Shown piece after piece: positions 44,147-53,970 of a DNA stretch of 64,000 nt. How positions within the stretch are numbered: the stretch's first letter is position 1; each line of letters opens with the position of its first letter. The stretch lies in assembly GCA_029366385.1 (NCBI GenBank), contig GCA_029366385.1_4540.1. One strand, 5' to 3'. Made by a program: the position numbers and the translations under genes. Source of the DNA: a phage. The notes beneath the pieces are model-generated. The model saw only the letters and a program-made list of their open reading frames with translations. It was not told the DNA's origin and searched no databases.

Positions 44147-46171
44147 TTATCGTGTTACAACAACCATGTCCACGATATCACCCACACCAGGATACGTTAA
44201 TTGCAAAATTGTTACTGCGTTAGCAGTAGTTGCTATTTCTGTATCATTTAGTGCTCCATAAGACGCATCTAGTGTAACCGTGTGTCCCGTTGTATCTTGA
44301 ATCAAATAAATCATTGCTGAAAACGCTTTAGGTTTTGTAGAGCCAGTGACACCAGGCCATGCTCCAACTGTCAGAGCGTCAGTTACTGTAACAACATACA
44401 TATTGGAAGTTCCAGAAGGAGTCCAAGATGCTCCAGAGTTGGCAGTAGTTGTTTCAAGTTCCATGAAACCTGCTGTAACTCTAGTTGGTGTTATAGCTTC
44501 CGTAGGATCTGATCCTGATATTTCGATCCAGTTTCCATCAGAACGACCATACGTCAAGCCGTCTTGAGGGGCTTCTGGTATACTAGGAAGAGTTCCTATA
44601 AGTGTCCACGTAGAAGAATCTGTTTTCTTAAACACTGCTCCAGTGGTAGTATTGAAGGCGTAATCATTGATAACACCGTCTCCTGCGACTGGATTAGTTG
44701 TTGCTACAAACCACTGTGCGCCGTCCTTACCGTTGGTCCCATCAGTACCGTTGGTTCCATTTGTTCCAGGATCACCCTTATCTCCTTTATCCCCTTTATC
44801 CCCTTTTTCACCTTTAATACTTCCCATGTCAACAAAAGATGCGGAATTGGTGTCCTGATCGTAAGTATAGATGTAAAGATTACTAGTGTCTTCAGTTAAG
44901 TAAGCATCACCATAGTTATTGTAAACAGGGAGAGCTTCACTGTTCGGAACATGACCTTTAGCTGTAATTGATGTTCCTCCAAGACTGCCAACATTCATCC
45001 ATTCCGTAGCATCTTGAACCCAAACATACAAATCATTATTAATTTTATATGCATCACCTACTTCTCCAGTAGGAGGAAGTTCAGCTTCACTGTTCAGAAC
45101 CCCGATAATCTCTAAGCCTGATCCTGTTGCACCCACTGGTCCTTGTGGACCTAGTTCACCTTGTGGACCTCGTTCTCCTTGATCACCCTTGTCTCCTTTT
45201 GGACCTTTAAGTGAGGCAATAAAATCTACCTCTGTCCCTTCATTACCAGCATCCAGCCAACTTTGATATGCAGATTTCCCTTCATCTCCATCTGTTCCAT
45301 CAAGACCGTCTTTACCTGCCTCACCTTGTGGACCTTGAGGACCAACAATATTACCCATGTTGACCCAAGCTGTCCCGTTAGAGACATAAAGATTACCATT
45401 GATAGAATAAGCTTGGCTTACGTTTTCAGAGTTAGGTTGTGGTAAGTTACTTGTAGAAGGCAAATCCCCACGATAATCAAAACCGTTGGCGTTAACACCA
45501 GGTGCTCCCTGTGGCCCTGTAGGACCAACATCGCCTTTATCACCTTTTATAGAGGTAAGAAAATCATAAACAGATCCTGTATTACCATCTGCCAACCATA
45601 CCTCGTAAGCTGATTTACCTTCTGGCCCAAGAGAAGAAATAAGTTTCCAAACAGAACCATCCCAAGCGTAGATTACATCACCTACGATATAACCATCCCC
45701 TGCAACGTTACCTGTAGATGGTAGTTCACTAGTGCTTGCTAATGATCCTTTAATATTAAGTTGAGCACCAGTATCCCCTTTCAAAGAAGCAAGCCATTGT
45801 GCTTCTGTTCCAACAAAACCATTATCAAGTGCGATCTGATAAGCCGATTTACCAGCTTCAGGTATTGTTTCCGACAGATCATCAATCTGTTGCTGCATTG
45901 CCGTAAATTTGGCATTGATAATTGCTATATCATCAGCGGTCCCAACACTTTGCCATGCAAGGGAAGAAATACCACCTGTGGTGGCTGGCGTAGAGTTTGC
46001 TGGAACTACTTTAGGAAAAGTTCCTTTCCATTGGTAATAATTCCCTTCTGCTGCTAACAGCAAAACTTCACGGGAATTACGTAATGTAAAACCTGCCTCA
46101 AAGCTGCGACGTTTTCGATAAGTAGCTTCTACCAGATCGGCTATCGCACTATTAGGTCTTGTTAAATTCAT
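44147..46171 (-). CDS. Tail fibre protein with collagen-like Gly-X-Y repeats
   Basis: 674 aa; runs such as GEKGDKGDKGDKGDPGTNGTNGTDGTNGKDG, KGPKGDKGDQGERGPQGELGPQGPVGATG, GPTGPQGAPG. Confidence 0.65.
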   Translation of the reverse strand: MNLTRPNSAIADLVEATYRKRRSFEAGFTLRNSREVLLLAAEGNYYQWKGTFPKVVPANSTPATTGGISSLAWQSVGTADDIAIINAKFTAMQQQIDDLSETIPEAGKSAYQIALDNGFVGTEAQWLASLKGDTGAQLNIKGSLASTSELPSTGNVAGDGYIVGDVIYAWDGSVWKLISSLGPEGKSAYEVWLADGNTGSVYDFLTSIKGDKGDVGPTGPQGAPGVNANGFDYRGDLPSTSNLPQPNSENVSQAYSINGNLYVSNGTAWVNMGNIVGPQGPQGEAGKDGLDGTDGDEGKSAYQSWLDAGNEGTEVDFIASLKGPKGDKGDQGERGPQGELGPQGPVGATGSGLEIIGVLNSEAELPPTGEVGDAYKINNDLYVWVQDATEWMNVGSLGGTSITAKGHVPNSEALPVYNNYGDAYLTEDTSNLYIYTYDQDTNSASFVDMGSIKGEKGDKGDKGDKGDPGTNGTNGTDGTNGKDGAQWFVATTNPVAGDGVINDYAFNTTTGAVFKKTDSSTWTLIGTLPSIPEAPQDGLTYGRSDGNWIEISGSDPTEAITPTRVTAGFMELETTTANSGASWTPSGTSNMYVVTVTDALTVGAWPGVTGSTKPKAFSAMIYLIQDTTGHTVTLDASYGALNDTEIATTANAVTILQLTYPGVGDIVDMVVVTR
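44777..44812. repeat. Short tandem DNA repeat (CCTTTATCC units) encoding KGDKGDKGD
   Basis: Visible on + strand as TATCTCCTTTATCCCCTTTATCCCCTTTTTCACC inside the collagen-like gene. Confidence 0.5.
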
Positions 46172-46207
46172 TTATCTCTCCTATCATTAGACCATTCTAT
46201 TGGAAGA

Positions 46208-46226
46208 AGAGGGGGAATCCCCCTCT
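46208..46226 (-). terminator. Stem-loop between tail genes (terminator-like)
   Basis: 8-bp stem AGAGGGGG / CCCCCTCT, 3-nt loop; shares the GAGGGGG/CCCCCTC core with hairpin 28356-28375. Confidence 0.35.
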
Positions 46227-46232
46227 ATTCCA

Positions 46233-49200
46233 TTAGGTTGTTGGCACATCTACTACTGGCGTTGGGCGAATAACCGCAGTATTACCTACAGAAACATTAC
46301 TGGAATCATTAGGTATGGTTTTAATTCTAACTCCAGCACTTGTAGGCGTTACAATTGGATCTGCAATGTCTATTTTAACTGGGTTAGTCCACGTATCATT
46401 ATCTTGATAAGGTGCACGAGTAATAACTGTGTCCAAATCTGCTCCACCTACGCCAGCACCAGGAATACGGATACGTGTCCCTGCTGACAGAGGGTAATGA
46501 TACAACCAAGAAGCATTTGTTGCTGTCCCGTTAGGAGTCAAGTTCTGTGTCAGGAAGGTATCTCCTGCCTGTGTAGCTCGAATACCGAAAGCTGGGATAT
46601 CTGGAATATATGCCCCACTTGTTGTTACAAGGAAGAACGTATTATCCGCCTTGACTATCATATCACCTTTGTCAAACTCTTTCCCTGTTGGGAAATGCAT
46701 TCCATCAATGTTTCGACTAGGATTAGGCTCTAAGTAATAAACTTTGCCCGTTGTCCCTACAATAGCTCCAATACCACCTGCGATATTGGTATACATATTA
46801 GCTTCAACATTACAGTTGACACGATGAATATCCGAGTAACGGCAACGGCTCCACTGTGGACGACCAGTAACCATCGTCTTGCCATCTGGGTAACAGTTTA
46901 CGTTAACCATTTCAAGAACAGATTTTTCTCTACGGAAGAATCCATCATAAAATGTTCCTGGACCAGATTCAGGTTGACCAACACAATCGAAGATATTACA
47001 GGTGATGTTAGACATTGAAAGCCAAGAAGCTATACCGAACAACTGCAATGCAGCGCAACGAATATTTTCAAAGCTAACTCTGTTTTCATAACCTGGCCCA
47101 GCGGAAACTCCCGCAAAAACACGCCCAGTTTTGGTGTGAATGTTACGAACAGAATAGTTAAAACATGGGTTTGAAGGTCTACCCTGTGCCGGAACTACCG
47201 GATTACCCTCTTCGTCCAGAACTGCGTTAGTTCCCCACTCCAAATAAATCATACGGATATTACTTGCAAGTGTGCTACCGTCTGTTTTAGGCTCTCCATA
47301 AACACCGTCAATCGTAAAATCTTTACTTCCATACATTACAACTGCGCCAGTTGCCAAACCTGTCCCAACAGATACGGTTTGATCTGGATCGCCATGAATG
47401 TTTTCGATAGAAATATTACGACCAACTTCTACGTGGACAATCTGACGGCAACGTTTTGCAAAAACGTTACGAATTGTAATATTCTTGCAATATTGATCAT
47501 CAGGGATTCCGTAACCATATGGTCCTTTACCAGCTACACCGATACCGATACCCCAGTTGGACAGAGGAATAGGAGCGTTAGTCCCATCGATATTAGACAG
47601 GTAAATATTCTCAATCACACAACCATCATCATAATGTTTATTGATGACGTTCAGTTCTATCGCATCACCTTGCATGTCCATGAAGGTAAGGTTACGGAAG
47701 ACACCGCGTGTTACTGGTTCTCCTGTCCCTTGTTGAAGGATGCCATATAACCCGTTTTTAAAAGTACAATTATCAATTTCAAAAGTACCTGATATTGGGT
47801 TGCCTTGGAATACCAAGCTACCAACTTGACCTGCGCGAGGAGCACCGTCCCACAAACAATCGAACATGCGCACAGCACCACCCCAATACATAACACGAGA
47901 GTTACGGAAAGTTGTGCCTTCTACTGTAGCATTTTGCACACGATAGTCGCGTTGACCACGGAACACACCCCCACGCAAAGTGATACCTTGAATATCAAAA
48001 GAGCTTGTCGTGAAAGTCATATCGCAACCGTAAGCATCGAGAATCTTGCTTTTCGAAGCTTTTGCTGCTAACAGTGCCGCTTGGAAAGCTGCTTCTGGTG
48101 TGGTATATGTTGTTGTGTTGTTAGCAAATTCTGATAAGTAGACAACATCGAATAAATCGTTGTATGTTCCACCACGAGGGGTTAACAGTCCTTCTGTATT
48201 GGTCAGAACCCATGCATTTGGACCTAATCCACCGCTTGTCTCCAATGTATCGGAGGCCAAAATACTTTTTGGTAAACTTCCAGCCCAACGATAACGACCA
48301 GCGCCACGTCCAATCGTCTGATTTTTAGCTGTCAGAGTTACATTATTACCAAAGCTTGTAGGCAAATGAACAAACTGTCCACGCTCAACAGCCAGTGCAG
48401 AAAGGTCTACAGATCCTCCAGAATAAGTCATTACTCCAGAAACAGACAAGGATGTTAAAGTTCCTGTGATGTTAGGAGGTAATGTGTAGGAAGACTGTGC
48501 TACCGGATCATACAGAGCTTTAATCCCTGTTAACGATTGACCTGCTGTTGCGTAAGCCACCTCATCATCTAACAAACCATACTTACGAGCAATAGTTTGC
48601 AGAGGGACTTTATCCATGCTTTCTGTTAGTTCTTCCGTTTTTGTTTCTAAACTAACAAGACGGTTCTCTAGATTAGGATCTGTATCTGCTGAAGCTACGA
48701 TTTTACCAATATAAGCAAAAAGCTTGTTTGGCAGTCCTGTTGCAGGATCGTGTCCCAAAGGTTCAGATAAGATGATCTTACTATCTTCTATACGGAAAGC
48801 TTCCCCCAGAACCTGAATAACACCATTGATCGTAACAATAGCACTATCAAAGATGTAAGGAGGACTAATTACTGTTTCATAACCAGTTGCACCAGAGTAT
48901 ACCCACGGGGTGACTTCTGTTGCTAATTGTTCTGTTTTCAGTCCCCACAATACCCAGTTGTTATCTCCTACTGGAGTCCCTTGCATAGGGATTGGGTTAA
49001 CCAATGTAGCGTTAGGAGCATAGTAATAACCGCTCAATACTCCATTCTGGAAATAACGAAGTTGGTTAAAAACTGTTTCGTTTGTGCCTTGCGCCCAATC
49101 CAATGGGCTTTTAAAGAAAAAGTTGTCAACAAGGGCTTTTCTCAGGGTTGGTATCAACCCTGATTCTGTTTCAATACTCTCTGTAGCACTTCCATTAATA

Positions 49201-49286
49201 ACATCATGGAGTTGGTTAGATGAGAAAATAACCAGATCTACGCCCTGTTCGAGAGACGTTGCTGGATATGTTGGGAATGTTGCCAT
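46233..49286 (-). CDS. Tailspike protein with parallel beta-helix (pectin-lyase-like) repeats
   Basis: 1017 aa; repetitive N-I-x-I/V-x-N coils (NITIRNVFAKRC, NISIENIHGD, NYSVRNIHTKTG, FENIRCAAL). Confidence 0.6.
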   Translation of the reverse strand: MATFPTYPATSLEQGVDLVIFSSNQLHDVINGSATESIETESGLIPTLRKALVDNFFFKSPLDWAQGTNETVFNQLRYFQNGVLSGYYYAPNATLVNPIPMQGTPVGDNNWVLWGLKTEQLATEVTPWVYSGATGYETVISPPYIFDSAIVTINGVIQVLGEAFRIEDSKIILSEPLGHDPATGLPNKLFAYIGKIVASADTDPNLENRLVSLETKTEELTESMDKVPLQTIARKYGLLDDEVAYATAGQSLTGIKALYDPVAQSSYTLPPNITGTLTSLSVSGVMTYSGGSVDLSALAVERGQFVHLPTSFGNNVTLTAKNQTIGRGAGRYRWAGSLPKSILASDTLETSGGLGPNAWVLTNTEGLLTPRGGTYNDLFDVVYLSEFANNTTTYTTPEAAFQAALLAAKASKSKILDAYGCDMTFTTSSFDIQGITLRGGVFRGQRDYRVQNATVEGTTFRNSRVMYWGGAVRMFDCLWDGAPRAGQVGSLVFQGNPISGTFEIDNCTFKNGLYGILQQGTGEPVTRGVFRNLTFMDMQGDAIELNVINKHYDDGCVIENIYLSNIDGTNAPIPLSNWGIGIGVAGKGPYGYGIPDDQYCKNITIRNVFAKRCRQIVHVEVGRNISIENIHGDPDQTVSVGTGLATGAVVMYGSKDFTIDGVYGEPKTDGSTLASNIRMIYLEWGTNAVLDEEGNPVVPAQGRPSNPCFNYSVRNIHTKTGRVFAGVSAGPGYENRVSFENIRCAALQLFGIASWLSMSNITCNIFDCVGQPESGPGTFYDGFFRREKSVLEMVNVNCYPDGKTMVTGRPQWSRCRYSDIHRVNCNVEANMYTNIAGGIGAIVGTTGKVYYLEPNPSRNIDGMHFPTGKEFDKGDMIVKADNTFFLVTTSGAYIPDIPAFGIRATQAGDTFLTQNLTPNGTATNASWLYHYPLSAGTRIRIPGAGVGGADLDTVITRAPYQDNDTWTNPVKIDIADPIVTPTSAGVRIKTIPNDSSNVSVGNTAVIRPTPVVDVPTT

Positions 49287-49289
49287 TAA

Positions 49290-49625
49290 TTACCCCTTAT
49301 TCTGTGTACGTTTAACTATGTCATCTAGCATCATTTGGATAGTCGCATTCTTGAGGTCCATAATCTTTTCAATTTTTTGCTCAAGGGTGTTATTATTTGC
49401 CATTAATGTAGAGTTAATTTGATTTAGCATCTGGGTAAGTTCTGCTTTAGTTGCATAAGTTGATTCAACAAAGACCAACTTCTTCTCTAGCTCTCGACTT
49501 TTCTCCTCCATTTCCTCAAGATCAGAGCCGAATTTATCCATTTTTTGTTTGAAAAAGAACCAGATGACTCCGATTAAAGGGATTATTGCATCCTTTGCAA
49601 GTCCCCATGCTTCTTGAAATTCCAT
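49290..49625 (-). CDS. Small protein with N-terminal TM segment and coiled-coil
   Basis: 111 aa; IIPLIGVIWFFF hydrophobic segment. Confidence 0.45.
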   Translation of the reverse strand: MEFQEAWGLAKDAIIPLIGVIWFFFKQKMDKFGSDLEEMEEKSRELEKKLVFVESTYATKAELTQMLNQINSTLMANNNTLEQKIEKIMDLKNATIQMMLDDIVKRTQNKG

Positions 49626-49634
49626 AGTGATCCC

Positions 49635-50180
49635 TTATTCCGTCGGTAATGTAGGCCAATCTATAGTGTAAGGATAATCTTTTTGAAGCGGAACACGATT
49701 TAGTTTAACCACATAAACTTGAAGATTTTTAAGATAAGCTAATTCTTCTTCAGTAGCCATTTCTAAATCTTTAGCATACTGTAAAGGTGTTATAAGTGCT
49801 ACCGCTGTTTCTTGTAAAGAGCGAATTTTTGCACTAGCTTGTGTCATCAACTCTTCACGGGAATACTCTTTATCCTTAAGAGTTAAGGTTTCTAAATCCA
49901 GAACCTTGTTTCTAATATCCTCAAAAGTATCTATATTAAAGTCTACTTGTGCTATAGAAAGATCTTCAGGGCAAAGTAGGGTAGGATCAGTATTCCAAAA
50001 CACAATACGATTTTGATCATCAAAAACGACTTTCATTTTATCGTTATTGAATTCTGTGCTACGTAAATCATACCAATCGTAACCTTGATCGCAACGAAGA
50101 AAAAGAATGTTCTCTGCTTCTACCAATTCTTTTAGTTCAGGATCTTCAGGAATATATTTTTTAAAGTTTGTAAATATCAT
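49635..50180 (-). CDS. Tail fibre assembly chaperone (Tfa-like)
   Basis: 181 aa; C-terminal ITPLQYAKDLEMATEEELAYLKNLQVYVVKLNRV ... DWPTLP matches the Tfa-family pattern; sits directly downstream of fibre gene. Confidence 0.6.
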   Translation of the reverse strand: MIFTNFKKYIPEDPELKELVEAENILFLRCDQGYDWYDLRSTEFNNDKMKVVFDDQNRIVFWNTDPTLLCPEDLSIAQVDFNIDTFEDIRNKVLDLETLTLKDKEYSREELMTQASAKIRSLQETAVALITPLQYAKDLEMATEEELAYLKNLQVYVVKLNRVPLQKDYPYTIDWPTLPTE

Positions 50181-51242
50181 TTAGCCTCCAATATCGTACC
50201 AGTTTCCGTTAACGTTGCGCTGGAGGCGTTTGAAGTAAACCCCACCGATGTTATCCGCAGAGCTACGTCCTGTTTCCTGTACGATAATACCAGAAAGAAC
50301 ATAACCAGAAGAACAGATATAAGTCCAAGAAACCTCGTTCCCTGGTGGATAATACACACCTTGGCTAGTATAACGAATATCTCTTACAAAGGTTCCGTTA
50401 GCATAGTTGTAGTTATTTGTAATCTGACTTTGATGATTACTTTCTACATTGTTTATACGAGAAGAGAGGTTGTTGTTAACATTATTCAAGTTGTTTTGAA
50501 CAGTGTTAATATTCGTCTGCAATGTGTTCTGAAGGGAAGTCAAACGAGAGTTCAGATAATCTAAACGAACTAAAGCATTTCCGTTAGAAGTATCTTGTCC
50601 ACTGTTTGATCTTGGATTATCTATTAGAACATAACCTGCATCATATAAACGAACACCTGCCGATACACTACCTGTGCTAGGATTTCTACGATAAATATAA
50701 AGCTGACCTCCGCTTTGATACTCGGCAGAAATCTCACCATTTGTTTGTCCTGCAAAGTTTTTGAAGAACAGTGTTGCAGGATCTGTTGTGGAAGTACCGT
50801 TAACATAAACATCGCCACCATAAATAGCACCACCCGCATCACGTTTTACCAACACGTTTGGTGTTACTGTTGAACTAGTGGCATCTGTAATGTTTGCCGA
50901 CAAGTGATTATGACTGTTATCTTGAACCTGGATAGATAAAGTAACTTCTTTGTTACCGTTCCAAGTAGCCTCACCAGTAGCATCACCTGCCATTGTAATC
51001 TTAGTTCCCACTAAAGGCAAGTAGGTATTAGGTAAAGTTGGAAGAAAGTCATCCACCAAATAGCGAATCCATAAACCGATATTATTAAGAATCCAGTTCA
51101 TTTCTTCGCAAGTCATGATTTGACCATAATCCATACCAATTGTGCGGATGGTTTCTTTAGGTCTAATTTTGTTTGTGTTTAAAGTTCCTGGGAGCGTTAC
51201 AGTTTGTGTAGCCCAGTCAGGATAATATATTGGCTTCGCCAT
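50181..51242 (-). CDS. Tail fibre protein (distal/tip)
   Basis: 353 aa; Asn/Ser/Thr-rich with NNLNNVNNNLSSRINNVESN; followed by Tfa-like gene. Confidence 0.55.
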   Translation of the reverse strand: MAKPIYYPDWATQTVTLPGTLNTNKIRPKETIRTIGMDYGQIMTCEEMNWILNNIGLWIRYLVDDFLPTLPNTYLPLVGTKITMAGDATGEATWNGNKEVTLSIQVQDNSHNHLSANITDATSSTVTPNVLVKRDAGGAIYGGDVYVNGTSTTDPATLFFKNFAGQTNGEISAEYQSGGQLYIYRRNPSTGSVSAGVRLYDAGYVLIDNPRSNSGQDTSNGNALVRLDYLNSRLTSLQNTLQTNINTVQNNLNNVNNNLSSRINNVESNHQSQITNNYNYANGTFVRDIRYTSQGVYYPPGNEVSWTYICSSGYVLSGIIVQETGRSSADNIGGVYFKRLQRNVNGNWYDIGG

Positions 51243-51251
51243 TTAAACTCC

Positions 51252-51881
51252 TTAATCTATTTGCTTGAGAAGCGTACACATGCGTCCTGTTTCATCCCCA
51301 GTAGATTCCATGTACAGGGAACCTAAACCACCAATACCATGAGGCGGTTTGGTAGCATAATAAGAACTAAAACCAAAAGCTGATCCTGCTTTTGCTCCAA
51401 GACGGTAGCTACTGATAATAGGGAAAACACTTAGCAACTGCTCTAAAGCTTGATCAGATTGAAGACACAGGTTGTAGAAAAACACATCAAAGGTTTTATT
51501 CAAACCTACGTAAGTATTAAGCGTTTCACGCTCTGTTCCTGTGAAACGGGCGAAGATATCAATTATGTCACCACGAGTCCCCGATGAGGCTACGCGGTAA
51601 GCCCTGATTTTTAATATTGTTCTATACTCTTCATCATCAGAGCCATTACGTTCGATCCCCATTTCTTCCCCTAGAATATCTAGGTATTTGCCTGTGGCTG
51701 TAGAGATCAAGCGGTGTTTAGCAAGATAGATCATTGCCTGATCTATCTTTTGCTTTTCACTGGATACGATGTAGAGGAGCTTGACAATGTTAGGAGAAGA
51801 TTTAAAATCTTCAATCAGAAGGTTTTTAACATCTTCATTGATACTGGCCCAAGTTGTTACATGGTCAACACTCACTGCCAT
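51252..51881 (-). CDS. Structural protein, baseplate-associated (unassigned)
   Basis: 209-aa ORF in baseplate gene string. Confidence 0.45.
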   Translation of the reverse strand: MAVSVDHVTTWASINEDVKNLLIEDFKSSPNIVKLLYIVSSEKQKIDQAMIYLAKHRLISTATGKYLDILGEEMGIERNGSDDEEYRTILKIRAYRVASSGTRGDIIDIFARFTGTERETLNTYVGLNKTFDVFFYNLCLQSDQALEQLLSVFPIISSYRLGAKAGSAFGFSSYYATKPPHGIGGLGSLYMESTGDETGRMCTLLKQID

Positions 51882-51883
51882 TT

Positions 51884-53371
51884 TTACACTCCATACTCGT
51901 AAGAAATGTTATCAAGGTCAAAAGAAGGGACAACATTATAAGCAGGAACTATATTATTCTCTGTATATTTACTGTCATCCTCAGTATTAAGTTTAACATA
52001 AACACGAAGAGAAGTCAAGCGTCCAAAAGCAAGTGCTGCATAAATAACACCTTTGATTTGATCGTTCGTTACTGAAGAACCTAACTCAAAGTAAGCTTGC
52101 AGGTTTTGTAAAGCTTCTACGATGTTTTGTTTTTCTGTTCCACTTAAAGTTGTTCCGTTGACAGTTTGATAAACAAGTTTTACGGAATACATAGCAGAAG
52201 CACCAGGGGAGAAGCGAATAATTTCCTGTCTTCCATCTTCTGTTGTAACTGTTATGTTAGTTGTTCCGTGTGTCAAAGTGTTGATTGGTTTGGTTTTATA
52301 GATAACATTTGCAATTTCTTCTGCACTGCCACCATAAACTATAGTCTGGAAAGTCATAGCTGGAGCATGTTCTTGATCATGTAATGTAGGGTTATCATAA
52401 ATCTTCACCTTAGTAACACCATCTGTAAGCAACAGAGCTTTTACAATAGCTGCTCGTGTCCCTGCGTTAGCTTCATCAACGTTGTCATTAAAACGAGAGC
52501 GGAATTCTGCGTCTGTCTCAACATCTCGACCAGGAGAAAATGAATAGAAGTTACCACTGTCAAGATAACCTGTAAAGGTAGAAGATATCCCTGTAATAGA
52601 CTCGACACCAACAGGATTGTATCCTTTCTCTGCTGCAACTACCGGAATCTCACTCCACTTGGTTCCAACCGGAACACTAGCATAAAATTTAATAGGAGTT
52701 ACCAGCCCCACTGGAGTATCACTGGTTAAAGAAGTAAAACCAATTGATAAGTTACCTGAATCAGAAAATACAAGACTACGATCAGCTTCTGTTAAATTCG
52801 CCTTGATAAAAGTTTCAAGATCGGCTATAAATGTAGAAGAACCAGGTGCAAGTGTTTTACTGTTTAATCCTCCGTCTACCGCACTTTGTGCATAAAAAGT
52901 AATATTTGGAACACCTGTAGCAGTTGCATTAGCACGAGAGATTTGATAAGCTGCAATCTTAGCATTCAACATAGTTGGTGTGCTAACATAGTAGTTCATA
53001 TCACTGTCAGAGTTGAAGTAAATATCCGTGCCTAGCTCGTAAGTCCAAGCTGCTTTGTTATTACTTTTAACATATGCATAACCTGTACTTGCTGCCGCCC
53101 CTGCTCGATAGAAACCACGTTTAGAAAAGATTTCATCAAGATAAATACCTTCTGCACCATCCAGTGTTTGAGTATTATAAACCCCTTGCATACCTTCCCA
53201 CAATGTGTAATCTGTGTATGCAATTATTCTAAACAGTTGTCCGATCACAGTATCTTCCGAAGTGGCTGCATCTGCACCAAATGTGTTTTTTACTGCTGTC
53301 ATGTAGTTGTTTAAAACATCGTCAAAAGTCGGGATTACAAATCCCGCATCTGTCAAACCATATTCGTCCAT
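51884..53371 (-). CDS. Baseplate J-like (wedge) protein
   Basis: 495 aa; N-terminal region TLDGAEGIYLDEIFSKRGFYRAGAAASTGYAYV resembles Baseplate_J family. Confidence 0.5.
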   Translation of the reverse strand: MDEYGLTDAGFVIPTFDDVLNNYMTAVKNTFGADAATSEDTVIGQLFRIIAYTDYTLWEGMQGVYNTQTLDGAEGIYLDEIFSKRGFYRAGAAASTGYAYVKSNNKAAWTYELGTDIYFNSDSDMNYYVSTPTMLNAKIAAYQISRANATATGVPNITFYAQSAVDGGLNSKTLAPGSSTFIADLETFIKANLTEADRSLVFSDSGNLSIGFTSLTSDTPVGLVTPIKFYASVPVGTKWSEIPVVAAEKGYNPVGVESITGISSTFTGYLDSGNFYSFSPGRDVETDAEFRSRFNDNVDEANAGTRAAIVKALLLTDGVTKVKIYDNPTLHDQEHAPAMTFQTIVYGGSAEEIANVIYKTKPINTLTHGTTNITVTTEDGRQEIIRFSPGASAMYSVKLVYQTVNGTTLSGTEKQNIVEALQNLQAYFELGSSVTNDQIKGVIYAALAFGRLTSLRVYVKLNTEDDSKYTENNIVPAYNVVPSFDLDNISYEYGV

Positions 53372-53613
53372 TAGTCATCCTCTTTGGTAGATTGTGATCT
53401 GCCCCAGCGTAAATCAATAAGATTTTTCATGAGGCGAGAAGGAGTTATCATGAAAACAAAAGCCCAACCCATCCATTCAGGAATTTCTTTTTCTATTCCT
53501 AAAAAGATAAACATGCCTGTCATGGTTAGCATTCCCAGTGCGTTCCACACTTTAGTAGAACTGATTTTGTTGTTTGGATAAGTACAAAACATTCCGATTA
53601 AAAACTTTCTCAT
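53371..53613 (-). CDS. Small membrane protein
   Basis: 80 aa, two hydrophobic segments. Confidence 0.35.
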   Translation of the reverse strand: MRKFLIGMFCTYPNNKISSTKVWNALGMLTMTGMFIFLGIEKEIPEWMGWAFVFMITPSRLMKNLIDLRWGRSQSTKEDD

Positions 53614-53918
53614 GGTGCGTTCTCATTACTTTTTAAATCACGATATACAGCTAATTCCCCAAGGTCTACAGAACCCGCTGAATGCACAAGTACATCAGCA
53701 CTAAGACTAATGGCAGTAATACCTGGGGCAATATCAGCAGGTAGGGAATACGCCCTTTGCGTCTCCTTATCATAGATAACCTTATACCCACCCAAATCCA
53801 CACCAACTGAGAAGTAAACAACCTCAGATTGTTTAACTCCAAAGTAACGGGCTACTGCTTGTTTATTGGTTAAGATTCCGGTTGAACCTTTACCACCTTG
53901 GGAGAACATTTCGTTCAT
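53610..53918 (-). CDS. Hypothetical structural protein
   Basis: 102-aa ORF. Confidence 0.45.
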   Translation of the reverse strand: MNEMFSQGGKGSTGILTNKQAVARYFGVKQSEVVYFSVGVDLGGYKVIYDKETQRAYSLPADIAPGITAISLSADVLVHSAGSVDLGELAVYRDLKSNENAP

Positions 53919-53970
53919 AACAACCTCTTTGTTTTTCTAAGTAATGCCCCCTACAAAGAGGGGCTAAGTA

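Noticed and set aside
53919-53970. Terminator hairpin between 53971-55647 and 53610-53918
   Set aside because: Only a 5-bp stem (GCCCC/GGGGC) with a 9-nt loop and no T-run.
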